The notes beneath the pieces are model-generated. The model was not told the origin of the DNA and ran no database searches. It saw nothing but the letters and a program-made list of their open reading frames with translations. Both the position numbers and the translations under genes were made by a program. Shown piece after piece: positions 16,270-25,298 of a stretch of DNA of 32,000 nt (position 1 is the stretch's first letter; each line of letters starts with the position of its first letter). This DNA is from Thermococcus barossii (GTDB lineage Archaea; Methanobacteriota_B; Thermococci; Thermococcales; Thermococcaceae), in assembly GCF_002214465.1 (NCBI RefSeq), contig NZ_CP015101.1:80502-112501 (forward strand), given 5' to 3'.

Positions 16270-17292
16270 TTAAACGCTGTCCCGCCCCGCTTCGAGCACC
16301 GAGAAGCTCCTCACCTCAATGCCAACCCTCTCCGGCATCTCCTCGACATCGAAGGGAATCTCGTCCAGGAAGCGCTCCGCGAGGATAACCTTATCCCCGA
16401 CTTTGAGCCTCAGCCTTATCCTGCCGGGCAGGAGTTCGTAGTCGAGAACCTCCGCCGCGTCGCCGGGTTTTATGTGAACGCTCTCGGGCCGGAAGAAGAC
16501 CCTGACCTTTCCTTCCCTCCCCACGTCGAAGCAGAGGCTTTCGAGGCAGGCCCTTCCGTTCTCGGCTTTGAGCTCCAGTATGTTGCTCAGGCCAAGGAAG
16601 CGCGCCACGAACTCCGTCTTTGGACGGTAGTAAAGCTCCAGCGGCTTTCCAACCTGCTCAACGTGGCCGACGTTCATCACCGCTATCCTGTCGCTTACTG
16701 CCATCGCCTCCTCCTGATCATGGGTGACGTATATCGTCGTTATTCCGAGCTCGCGCTGGATTCTCTTTATCTCCCCTCTAAGCCTCTCCCTTATCTTCGC
16801 GTCGAGGTTGCTGAGGGGCTCGTCGAGGAGCAGAACGTCAGGCTCCACAACGAGTGCCCTCGCGAGGGCCACGCGCTGCTGTTGACCACCGCTCAGCTGC
16901 TCCGGATAGCGGTTTTCAAGCCCCTCCAGACCGACCAGCCGGAGCGCCCATCTCACCTTTCTTTCAATCTCGGCCTTCGGGAGCTTTTTCATCTCCAGCC
17001 CGAAGGCAACGTTCTTGAAGGCCGTCATGTGGGGGAACAGCGCGTAGTCCTGGAAGACTATGCCTATCCCGCGCTCGTAGGGGGGTAACTCGTTCACAGG
17101 CCTTCCGTCGAAGAGTATCTCCCCCCTGTCAGGCTTTTCAAAGCCCGCTATCATCCTCAGCGTCGTGGTCTTTCCGCAGCCGCTCGGACCGAGGAGCGTG
17201 AGGAACTCGCCGTCCCTGACTTTCAACTCGCCTATCTCAAGCCGAAAATCCTCCCACTCCTTGACCACTCCCCTTAGCTCTACCCTCACCAT
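16270..17292 (-). CDS. ABC transporter ATP-binding protein (PotA/FbpC/CysA-like importer ATPase with C-terminal TOBE-like domain)
   Basis: Walker A GPSGCGKTT, signature LSGGQQQRVALARAL and Walker B LLLDEPLS. The ATG at 17292 overlaps the permease stop by 7 nt. Confidence 0.92.
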   Translation of the reverse strand: MVRVELRGVVKEWEDFRLEIGELKVRDGEFLTLLGPSGCGKTTTLRMIAGFEKPDRGEILFDGRPVNELPPYERGIGIVFQDYALFPHMTAFKNVAFGLEMKKLPKAEIERKVRWALRLVGLEGLENRYPEQLSGGQQQRVALARALVVEPDVLLLDEPLSNLDAKIRERLRGEIKRIQRELGITTIYVTHDQEEAMAVSDRIAVMNVGHVEQVGKPLELYYRPKTEFVARFLGLSNILELKAENGRACLESLCFDVGREGKVRVFFRPESVHIKPGDAAEVLDYELLPGRIRLRLKVGDKVILAERFLDEIPFDVEEMPERVGIEVRSFSVLEAGRDSV

Positions 17293-18911
17293 ACCTCCTC
17301 ACCAACCCTTTCTATCACCATGAAGGCCAGAGTTGAGACGGCCATCAGGAGAACGGCCAGGGCGGAGGCTGAACCGAACTGCCTCGCCCCGAGGAACTTG
17401 TATATCGCCACCGTCATGGTGGTGTATTCAGGTTTTGCCAGCATGTAGGTCGCCCCTAGCTCGGCTATGCTCATGGCGAAGGCGAATATCGCGCCGACGA
17501 TGACTCCACCGAGTGCCAGCGGAAGCTCCACCCTCAGGAAGGCCTTCCACTCCCTGGCTCCCAGGCTCAGCGCCGCCTCGAAGAGGTTGGGCCTTATCTT
17601 CTTCAGGCTCGTGGAAACGGCGCGGAGGACGAAGGGATACGCTATCACCGTGTGGGCGGCGATGATTATCCAGGCGGTGAAGTACAGGGGCGTGGTGTGG
17701 AAGACCCTTATGTATCCCAGGCCGAGGGTTATGGCTGAACTCGCCAGCGGGAGCATGACGAGGACGTCGAAGAGCCTCTTTCCCCTGAAGTTCCAGCGGT
17801 GGAGGGCGTAGGCTATCGGCAACGCCACGAGAACCGAGAGGACTACAGTGGCGAGGCCGAAGGTCAGGGAGTTCCTTATCGCGTCGAGCGTTGTCGCTCC
17901 GAACATCGGGTTGTACTCGGTCGAGAATATCCTCCTGTACCACTCCAGGCTCCACTGGCCGCTGAAGCGCAGGGAGTCGTAGAGAACGGCCAGTAGGGGG
18001 GAGACGATGAAGACGAAGACGATTAGGGAGTAGACTCCAACGAGCAGTCCCTTGACGCTCAGCCAGTCGCGCCTCGTGAAGGGAACCGGCCTCCTGAAAA
18101 CCCTCTGCTCCTCGCGCTTGGCGTAGCTGTCGAGTGCCCTCAGGTAGAGGTACATGAAGCCCATGCTGAGGAGTATCTGGATTATGGCCAGCGCCGAGCC
18201 GGTCTTGAAGTCGAGGAGTACCATTATCGAGGTGAAGATGTCCACCTCTATGGTGGCGTAGCGGTAGCCGCCGATTATGAGGGGAATCGAGAAGCTCAGG
18301 AAGCAGAACACGAAGGTGAGCATCGCCGAGGCAAAAATCGCCGGGGATATCATCGGCAGGGTAACCTTGCGGAAGAGCGTCCAGCCCCTCGCCCCCAGGG
18401 CCATCGCCGCCTCCTCGTAGTGGGGATTAACGCGCTGCCACAGCGACGAGACCATGCGAATAACGATGGGGAAGTTGTAGAAGGCGTGGGCGAGGAGGAT
18501 TCCCTTCCAGGAGTAGAGAATTCCGGGGTCGCGGCCGATGAGTCCCGTGATTATCCCGCTCTTCCCGAATAGGAGAATGTATCCCAGGGCGACCATCACG
18601 CTGGGCATGACGAAGGGAACCGTCAGGACGGCCTTTATGACCCTCTTCCCGGGGAAGTCGTACCTAGCGAAGATGTACGCCCCGGGGAGGCCGAGGGCGA
18701 GCGTCAGCAGGGTTGAGGCTACGGCCTGTCCTATCGTGAAGAGGATGACCCTCCGGTGGTAGTCGTTTGTCAGGACGGCCGAGATGTGCCTGAGAGTGAA
18801 TCCGTTCTCCCAGAGGCCGGTTTTTAGAATACTGACTAACGGGACGTAGAAGAAGACCAGCAGGAAGGCAATGGGGATGAGCAGGAGGAGCTTCGAGGGC
18901 CTCACTCTCAT
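17286..18911 (-). CDS. ABC transporter permease, fused double-domain (FbpB/ThiP-type)
   Basis: Track ORF 17286..19085 is 5'-overextended into the divergent gene. The ATG at 18911 gives MRVRPSKLLLLIPIAFLL... (541 aa). There are two tandem 6-TM permease modules, each with an EAA-like loop (EEAAMALGA..., FEAALSLGA...). Confidence 0.85.
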   Translation of the reverse strand: MRVRPSKLLLLIPIAFLLVFFYVPLVSILKTGLWENGFTLRHISAVLTNDYHRRVILFTIGQAVASTLLTLALGLPGAYIFARYDFPGKRVIKAVLTVPFVMPSVMVALGYILLFGKSGIITGLIGRDPGILYSWKGILLAHAFYNFPIVIRMVSSLWQRVNPHYEEAAMALGARGWTLFRKVTLPMISPAIFASAMLTFVFCFLSFSIPLIIGGYRYATIEVDIFTSIMVLLDFKTGSALAIIQILLSMGFMYLYLRALDSYAKREEQRVFRRPVPFTRRDWLSVKGLLVGVYSLIVFVFIVSPLLAVLYDSLRFSGQWSLEWYRRIFSTEYNPMFGATTLDAIRNSLTFGLATVVLSVLVALPIAYALHRWNFRGKRLFDVLVMLPLASSAITLGLGYIRVFHTTPLYFTAWIIIAAHTVIAYPFVLRAVSTSLKKIRPNLFEAALSLGAREWKAFLRVELPLALGGVIVGAIFAFAMSIAELGATYMLAKPEYTTMTVAIYKFLGARQFGSASALAVLLMAVSTLAFMVIERVGEEVW

Positions 18912-18933
18912 GCTCACAACTCGGTTTTTGCTC

Positions 18934-18940
18934 TTTATAA
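18934..18940. promoter_or_regulatory. Near-palindromic TATA box shared by divergent genes
   Basis: TTTATAA lies about 25 nt from the permease ATG (18911, minus strand; the mRNA would be leaderless) and about 55 nt from the peptidase ATG (18996, plus strand). Confidence 0.35.
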
Positions 18941-18995
18941 GCGTTGATTGGGCAAGGTTGTTAAATCCTTCGGTCCACCTATATCCGGTGATACC

Positions 18996-20042
18996 ATGAA
19001 GGCCCCCGAGCTGGGAATAGGAGTTGGTCGTTACGAGCATGGAGAGAGGAATTCCATCGCCGATCTGGGCGTTAAGGTCGGTCACTCAACGATAATCAAA
19101 GGCGATGATATCAGAACCGGCGTCACCGTTCTCCTGCCCCCGGTGAAGAACCCGTACAAAGAAAGGCTCTTTGCGGGAGTTTACACGTTCAACGGCTTTT
19201 CAAAGCCTATCGGTTTTATCCAGGCGGAGGAGCTGGGCTACATAGAGACGCCCATTGCCATGACCAGCACCCTCAACGGCTACAGGGTTGCGGACGCGCT
19301 GATAGACCTCTGGCTGGAGGAAAATCCCGACGGCATCTCCGTCAACCCCCTCGTGATGGAGTGCAACGATGGCTACCTCAACGACAACAAGAAGCGAGCC
19401 GTGAAGAAGGAGCATGTCTTTGAGGCTTTCAAGAACGCCTCCCTCGACTTTGAAGAGGGCGCCGTTGGAGCCGGCACCGGGATGAGCGCCTTCGAGTTCA
19501 AGGGCGGAATAGGCTCATCCTCAAGGGTCGTTGAAATCGGCGGGGAGGAGTACACGGTCGCTTCCCTCGTTCTGAGCAACTTCGGGAAGAGGGAGGATCT
19601 CATAATCGCAGGCGTTCCCGTCGGCTGGGAGCTGAGGGACTATCCCGGCAGAGGCCTATCGATGAGGGGGAGCATCTCAATCGTCATCGCCACCGATGCA
19701 CCCCTAACGTCCAGACAGCTGACCAGGCTGGCCAGGAGGGCCATTTTGGGTCTGGCGAGAACCGGCTCCTACGGTCACAACGGGAGCGGGGACATAGTGC
19801 TGGCTTTCTCTACGGCACAGACCATGCCAGCTGGCAAAGAAGTGCATTCCATCGGCTTTCTCCCGGACGACGCCATGAACAGGCTCTTCATAGCTGCCGC
19901 GGACTCGACGGAGGAGGCGATAATAAACTCCCTTCTTCAGGCAAAGACGATGAGGGGGAGGGACGGCAGAACCCGCTACGCCTTGCCTGTCGACAGGCTG
20001 GTGGAAATCCTCGAAAAATACGGGAGACTGGAGAGGGCCTAA
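18996..20042 (+). CDS. DmpA/BapA-type (peptidase family S58/P1) aminopeptidase
   Basis: Track ORF 18948..20042. The ATG at 18996 is preceded by GGTGAT. Motifs are NSIADLGVKVGH, GVTVLLPP and the autoprocessing/nucleophile region GAGTGMSAFEFKGGIGSSS. Confidence 0.8.
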   Translation: MKAPELGIGVGRYEHGERNSIADLGVKVGHSTIIKGDDIRTGVTVLLPPVKNPYKERLFAGVYTFNGFSKPIGFIQAEELGYIETPIAMTSTLNGYRVADALIDLWLEENPDGISVNPLVMECNDGYLNDNKKRAVKKEHVFEAFKNASLDFEEGAVGAGTGMSAFEFKGGIGSSSRVVEIGGEEYTVASLVLSNFGKREDLIIAGVPVGWELRDYPGRGLSMRGSISIVIATDAPLTSRQLTRLARRAILGLARTGSYGHNGSGDIVLAFSTAQTMPAGKEVHSIGFLPDDAMNRLFIAAADSTEEAIINSLLQAKTMRGRDGRTRYALPVDRLVEILEKYGRLERA

Positions 20043-20884
20043 ATTTTTATCTCCTCGTACTTTTTCTTCATCAGGAGTGCATCGCCCTCGATGTTGGGAC
20101 TCTCGCTTATGACGACGCCCTTGACCCTGAACTCTTTAAGAACCCTCAGCAGGTCCTCCCAGTTCATGTCGCTTTCCTGCAGGTTAAGGTGGTTTCTTTC
20201 GCCCTTTGCGGTGTAGTTTATGCCGCTTATGTGTATGTGCATGTTGTCCAAGGCTTCCCTCCCGAGCCTGTCCTCCATAAAGCTCAGCATCTCGCGCCAC
20301 TCTTCGACGGTGTTGCACTTCCCTTTGTTCCTCGCGTGCGCGTGCGCGAAGTCTATCGTCGGCAGAACCATCTCAAGCTCCTCGCTGAGCCTCACCAGCT
20401 CCTTCAGGTCTCCAAACTGGGTTGGTTTGCCGGTCAGTTCGGGCCTTATCCAGACCTCAATCCCCCTGTCCTGAAGGGTGGTCACTATGTCCTTTATTTC
20501 GCCCTTTATCCTCTCATAGACCTTTGCCGGGTCCTGCTTAAGGTAGTAGCCCGCATGAAATACCACGCTCCAGCCGCCGGCATCGTAGAGCCTCTCGGCG
20601 CTCTGGATTATTCTCTTCTTGCTCGCCTCGACCTTGGCCTTCTCTGCTGCGTTTAGATTGATGTAGTACGGCGCGTGGGCGGTTAAAAGAACGTCGTGCT
20701 TCTTGGCGACGTATTTGATTTTTTTCGCCAGCTCGGGCTTGAGGTTAACGCCCCGAACGAACTCCAGCTCCATCGCGTCCAGCCCGAGGTTTCTCACGTG
20801 AATTATTCCATCAATGGTTGAACGTTTCGGCGTTGATATGGGTATCCCGGCTGTGCCGAACCGGAGCCTGTCCACCTTGAACAT
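20039..20884 (-). CDS. nfo: Endonuclease IV (AP endonuclease family 2, TIM barrel)
   Basis: Track ORF 20039..20893 starts at a GTG. The ATG at 20884 is preceded by GGTGGTGAG. Metal-ligand motifs are AHAPYYINL, VFHAGY, IDFAHAHA and HIHISG. Its stop overlaps the peptidase stop. Confidence 0.88.
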   Translation of the reverse strand: MFKVDRLRFGTAGIPISTPKRSTIDGIIHVRNLGLDAMELEFVRGVNLKPELAKKIKYVAKKHDVLLTAHAPYYINLNAAEKAKVEASKKRIIQSAERLYDAGGWSVVFHAGYYLKQDPAKVYERIKGEIKDIVTTLQDRGIEVWIRPELTGKPTQFGDLKELVRLSEELEMVLPTIDFAHAHARNKGKCNTVEEWREMLSFMEDRLGREALDNMHIHISGINYTAKGERNHLNLQESDMNWEDLLRVLKEFRVKGVVISESPNIEGDALLMKKKYEEIKI

Positions 20885-20925
20885 GCTCACCACCCATAAG
20901 AATTAGGGGAGCCTAACTCATAAAC

Positions 20926-21987
20926 CTATCGTTCTATCGGTTCCCCGAGTATCTCCCCGAGCTTTGTGATGCTTTCGTCCAGCTCCCTCTCCAGGTGCTC
21001 AAGCTGGCGTTTGAGCTTCCGTATCTCGGCCTCCTTTTCTTCGATTAGCCTCTTAATCTCCCAGATATCCTTCTTTCTGGCCTCGCCATCTTCCAGAATT
21101 CTGTCCCTTTTTCGTTCGAGTTCTGAAAGCTTTTCCCTCTCCCTTTCGAGGGCTTCAGCCCTTTCTTTGAGGTTTTCGATCAGCCACTGGGCGGTTTTTC
21201 TGTACTTGCCCTCCAGCCGGGGGTATATCCTCTGGAGCAGGGAGATGAGTTCCTCCGGCTTTCTGAGGGCCACTGAACTGTCCCTCACGAGTTCATCGGC
21301 TATCGGCTCGTGGAGGCGCATCCGCTTTATCGGCTTCTGGAGCTTCGAGACTTTCGAACGAATCTCCATCTCGGCAGTTCGAAGAGAGGAGGAGAGGCTT
21401 TTTATATCCTCCTCAAGCTCCTCCAACCCATGCTCCCTGTAGAACTCGTTGAGCTCTTCTTCCTTGGCCTTAAGCTCCTTCTCCAGCTCCAACTTTTCCC
21501 TCTCCGCTGTGGCAATGCTTTCCCTCGTTCGCTCCTCTTCCTTTAGGAGCTCCCTGAGTCTCAGCTCTGGCAGACCTTTTCTGGTCAGCTCGTTGTAGTA
21601 TTTCACATAATCCTCGTTGAGCTCCTTTAGCAGGCGGTTGATGGCGTAGACCTCTTTCTCAAAGATTATGAGGAGATACTTCCCGTGCCCCACGTGGAGC
21701 TTTGCCAGGTCCGGAAGGCGCTTTCCGAGGTCGTCCATGTTTTCTATGCTTGCCAGCGCGTTTCTCAATGCCGTGACGTAGTTCTTCTTCTCGGCGGTCA
21801 CGATTTTCTTTATCTTCTCGTCCACGTTCTTGGGGACTTCCTTCTTCTCCAGGGAGTCTATCCTCTTTAGAATCTCCCGGATTTTCTTCTCAAGGTGCTT
21901 GTTGTACTTTTTTCTGACCTTCTCAACTTCTTTCTCGGCCTTCTTTTTCCTCTTTTCATACTCATCAAGCGCTCGTTCCAGTCTCAA
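20926..21987 (-). CDS. Coiled-coil protein, function unknown (353 aa)
   Basis: An E/K/R/L-rich heptad sequence runs throughout. The only in-frame start near the 5' end is a TTG at 21987, so the start is uncertain. It overlaps the 3' end of the DUF373 gene by 23 nt. Confidence 0.6.
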   Translation of the reverse strand: MRLERALDEYEKRKKKAEKEVEKVRKKYNKHLEKKIREILKRIDSLEKKEVPKNVDEKIKKIVTAEKKNYVTALRNALASIENMDDLGKRLPDLAKLHVGHGKYLLIIFEKEVYAINRLLKELNEDYVKYYNELTRKGLPELRLRELLKEEERTRESIATAEREKLELEKELKAKEEELNEFYREHGLEELEEDIKSLSSSLRTAEMEIRSKVSKLQKPIKRMRLHEPIADELVRDSSVALRKPEELISLLQRIYPRLEGKYRKTAQWLIENLKERAEALEREREKLSELERKRDRILEDGEARKKDIWEIKRLIEEKEAEIRKLKRQLEHLERELDESITKLGEILGEPIER

Positions 21988-23098
21988 CTCTCTCCCATCC
22001 CCTAACTTTTCCCCTCATGTAGATTCCAACGAGAACCGCCACCGCCACATCGGCGAGGGCGAGCAGGAACTTAGCAAAGACGTCTATATCCGATATCGTG
22101 AGTATGGCCATGGCGTACCTGGTCGTCAGGTCGATGGTTATCCAGAGCGCGGGCATGAGGAGGAGCGCTGAGACGTAGTACCAGATGTGGTAGTCCTTCC
22201 GGAGGTACGCCTGTATGCTCTTTCCCATTATCATCACGGAGATTCCAATTATCAGCGGGGCCGCCACCGCGTTTATGTAAATGAGGGTAGCGAGCAACGG
22301 CGTTCCTGGCCAGCCGCCTATTATCTCCTTTGCGTACTCCTCCAGCCGGAAGTAGGCGTTTATGGCGCCGCCTCCGATTATGAGTAGGCCCGCGATAACG
22401 GAAATGACGAAGATGAACTGTTTCGCTATGGTCTCCCTGAAGTTGAATCTGAAGCCCTTGGTGAAGAAGTAGCCGCCGATGAAGAGGAGTATCGTACCGG
22501 TTATTGTCGCGGAGACTATCTTAACACTTTCAGGATACCAGACGCCGATGAGACGCGCTATTCCATAGAGAAGGAGTATCATCCCAGGAATGCCCAGTAC
22601 TACCTTAGCCACCTCAGGGTCGCTGAGTATCTCCCTCAGGTAGCGGTAGATGATGTAGTATGTCGTCTCTATGCCCTCACTCTGCTTGACCACGACGCGG
22701 TGGGAGCTTATTATTGGCACCTTCGAGGTTATTATCGGGAATATCTGCTCGTCCTCTGCCCCATCGGTGACGGTGATGACTCCATCGGCAGGGAAGACCT
22801 TTAAAACCTCCTCCAGCTGTCTGGCCAGCTCCAGGTCGCTCTTGACGCCCACTTTGGGGTGGCCGGTTATCAGGGCAACCTGGACATCTTCAAACTCCCC
22901 GCTCTCCCTGAGCTCGTCGTGAAGCTTGACAGCGGCGTAAGCAACGTTGGCGTCGCTGTCCTCCGGATCGGCCAGACTGAGCTTGAGGGCTGCATCTACA
23001 CAGGCGTCTCGCCCTATCACCGGCCCTTCGACGCCGGCCTTCTGCCCGAAATCGTCATCACGGTCTATGGCGAGAATCAGTGCCCTAATCTCAACCAC
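21965..23098 (-). CDS. DUF373-family integral membrane protein
   Basis: 377 aa with a GTG start. The soluble N-terminal domain (ILAIDRDDDFGQKAGVEGPVIGRDA...LADPEDSDANV) is recalled as the DUF373 signature and is followed by about 6 TM helices. Confidence 0.7.
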   Translation of the reverse strand: MVEIRALILAIDRDDDFGQKAGVEGPVIGRDACVDAALKLSLADPEDSDANVAYAAVKLHDELRESGEFEDVQVALITGHPKVGVKSDLELARQLEEVLKVFPADGVITVTDGAEDEQIFPIITSKVPIISSHRVVVKQSEGIETTYYIIYRYLREILSDPEVAKVVLGIPGMILLLYGIARLIGVWYPESVKIVSATITGTILLFIGGYFFTKGFRFNFRETIAKQFIFVISVIAGLLIIGGGAINAYFRLEEYAKEIIGGWPGTPLLATLIYINAVAAPLIIGISVMIMGKSIQAYLRKDYHIWYYVSALLLMPALWITIDLTTRYAMAILTISDIDVFAKFLLALADVAVAVLVGIYMRGKVRGWERVETGTSA

Positions 23099-23402
23099 CC
23101 CTCGCCTTTTCGAGAACTGATTTTACCTTGTCCTCCATGTGGACATGCTTGTCCCGTCTGTCGTCGATCCTTACGGTTGTTGAAACCCGTGAAGCGCCCA
23201 GTTTGAATACCAGTTCGTGTGCCTCCTCGATTATATCGAAAGCTTCCCTCACGGTCGGAACCTCTATTATCGTTGCCATCGGTGTCAATTGGTATTTAAC
23301 ACCCTTTCTCTCTAAAAGCTTTACCACCCCGGCGACGTACCGGCTCAGACTTTTCTCACCGAGGGGAACAATCACGAACTCCACTATCACCACTTTCGAC
23401 AC
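23091..23402 (-). CDS. MTH1187/YkoF-family (DUF77) small ligand-binding protein
   Basis: Track ORF 23091..23642 is strongly 5'-overextended. The family-sized product (~103 aa) starts at the GTG at 23402 (MSKVVIVEFVIVPLGEKSLSRYVAGVVKLLE...). GTGs at 23393 and 23390 are alternatives. The TATA-like CTTAAAAAAT lies about 25-30 nt upstream. Confidence 0.7.
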   Translation of the reverse strand: MSKVVIVEFVIVPLGEKSLSRYVAGVVKLLERKGVKYQLTPMATIIEVPTVREAFDIIEEAHELVFKLGASRVSTTVRIDDRRDKHVHMEDKVKSVLEKARGG

Positions 23403-23487
23403 CCGACTTAACTTCCTTCGGCAATTTTTTAAGCTTTGCGGGAAAGGTAAATAACTCCTCCCGCCGTAGGAACTAGGGGTGAGAACG

Positions 23488-24102
23488 ATGTACAGAATCA
23501 GGGACGAATGGGGGGAGTTCCTCGTCAGGCTTGCGAGAAAAGCCATTGAGGAGTACGTCAGGAACGGCAGGACAATAAAACCTCCTGAGGATACCCCTCC
23601 CGAGTTGTGGGAGAAGATGGGAGTTTTTGTGACGCTGAACAAACGCCATGCCCCGCCTCAGATGGCCCTCCGCGGTTGCATCGGCTTCCCACTGCCGATT
23701 TACCCTCTGGTCGAGGCCACGATAAAGGCGGCAATCTATGCGGCCGTGGACGACCCACGCTTCCCGCCGGTCAGGGAAAGCGAGCTGAACGACCTTGTGG
23801 TTGAGGTCAGCGTCCTGACACCGCCAGAACCCATAGAGGGGCCGCCCGAGGAGAGGCCGAGGAGGATAAAGGTCGGCAGGGACGGTCTGATAATCGAGAA
23901 GGGAATCTATTCCGGCCTGCTCCTCCCGCAGGTGCCGATAGAGTGGGGCTGGGACGAGGAGGAGTTTTTAGCTCAGACCTGCTGGAAGGCAGGATTGCCT
24001 CCCGACTGCTGGCTCGATGAGGACACGAAGGTCTACCGCTTTACCGCGGAGATATTTGAGGAGGAGTACCCAAGAGGACCTGTGAGAAGGAAACCGCTGT
24101 GA
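23488..24102 (+). CDS. AMMECR1-domain protein
   Basis: Track ORF starts at a GTG at 23479. The ATG at 23488 is preceded by AGGGGTGAG. The motif GVFVTL...LRGCIG...DPRFPPV is diagnostic for AMMECR1. Confidence 0.88.
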   Translation: MYRIRDEWGEFLVRLARKAIEEYVRNGRTIKPPEDTPPELWEKMGVFVTLNKRHAPPQMALRGCIGFPLPIYPLVEATIKAAIYAAVDDPRFPPVRESELNDLVVEVSVLTPPEPIEGPPEERPRRIKVGRDGLIIEKGIYSGLLLPQVPIEWGWDEEEFLAQTCWKAGLPPDCWLDEDTKVYRFTAEIFEEEYPRGPVRRKPL

Positions 24103-24194
24103 GCAGTTTTGAAATTTTTCGGAAAATCGTCGAATTTTCTTCAAGAATATTTAAATAGTTTTATGGCGTAGATTAAACCCAAGGTGAGGTTACG

Positions 24195-25298
24195 GTGAAG
24201 ATGAGAAAGATTGCCATGGTTTTGACCGTGTTTCTTCTTTTTGGAAGCTTGATACCTCTCGGGTATGTTAGTGCCACATACGGGACGGTTACGGCCAGGG
24301 ACGCCATGGAGGAAGCTAAAGCACTTTTGAACTCAAATTTCATGGGTTCCTTGGTAAGCGCTGAGTTCAAGGGTGTTGAGGAGCAGATTTTAATTGCAAC
24401 AACACCAGCTGCGGGATTTCCTGTTGAGGGGGACTCCTATCTGATCATCAGCTCCGGTGATGCGAGATACGTGATAACCGGGAACGATAGCTATTACTCT
24501 GATGATGGGGATGTAGGAGGTGTTTACATCGAAAACGGCCACCCAGTTTCGGGTGCCGATGCATACGACGTAGCCACATTGACGTTAAAACTCAGGGTTC
24601 CCTACGGGGCCACCAAGCTTTCGTTCAGGTGGAGATTCACCACCGATGAAGAACCGAGCGATGATACCTTCCAGGATTACTTCTACTCTTACGTTGTGTT
24701 CCCAGATGGGAAAAAGGTCGTGGCCGCTACACTGCCCAACGGTACAATCCCCTACGTTGGACCGATAGCACCTTATACGCGCGAAACAACCCCAGGCGAT
24801 GGAGTGTACCTGTACGCCATAATGAACTACACCTCGACTGCCGTGGTGGACGTCTCCCAGTACCAGGGGAAGGAAATAACAATAGTCTTCCAGGTTGCCG
24901 ATACTGAGGACGAGATAGTCGATACCGCGGTTCTCATAGACGACCTCAAGTTCGATGTTCCCCAGTCCTTCTTTGTATACAACCGCATGATGGTGATTGC
25001 CCAGGTGTGGACTATGTACTTCTTCAAGCTCCACGATGAATTCGATGAACTCTACGCCAACGCAAGTGCGATGGGAGTAGACAACGAGACCCTTTCGCTG
25101 GCGAAGGAACTTCACGAGAACGCAACCCAGATGATAATGGATGCGTGGGACACCGACAATCTGGATGACATCAAACTGCGCCTGTGGGGAGCCATACCTA
25201 CATACCCGAAGATGCACCTAGTAAGAAGGGCATACGTTACAGAAAAAGACGCTGTTAACCTGCTGATAGATGCCATGAAAGAGCTAGAAGGCAGCTAG
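24195..25298 (+). CDS. Exported hypothetical protein: beta-sandwich-like N-domain plus helical C-domain
   Basis: A signal peptide/anchor is present (MRKIAMVLTVFLLFGSLIPLGYVSA). The start is the GTG at 24195, 5 nt after AAGGTGAGG, with the ATG at 24201 as an alternative. The segment LSFRWRFTTDEEPSDDTFQDYFYSYVVF resembles the choice-of-anchor/MAM-like F-x-F...EE...D-x-F pattern. Confidence 0.65.
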   Translation: MKMRKIAMVLTVFLLFGSLIPLGYVSATYGTVTARDAMEEAKALLNSNFMGSLVSAEFKGVEEQILIATTPAAGFPVEGDSYLIISSGDARYVITGNDSYYSDDGDVGGVYIENGHPVSGADAYDVATLTLKLRVPYGATKLSFRWRFTTDEEPSDDTFQDYFYSYVVFPDGKKVVAATLPNGTIPYVGPIAPYTRETTPGDGVYLYAIMNYTSTAVVDVSQYQGKEITIVFQVADTEDEIVDTAVLIDDLKFDVPQSFFVYNRMMVIAQVWTMYFFKLHDEFDELYANASAMGVDNETLSLAKELHENATQMIMDAWDTDNLDDIKLRLWGAIPTYPKMHLVRRAYVTEKDAVNLLIDAMKELEGS

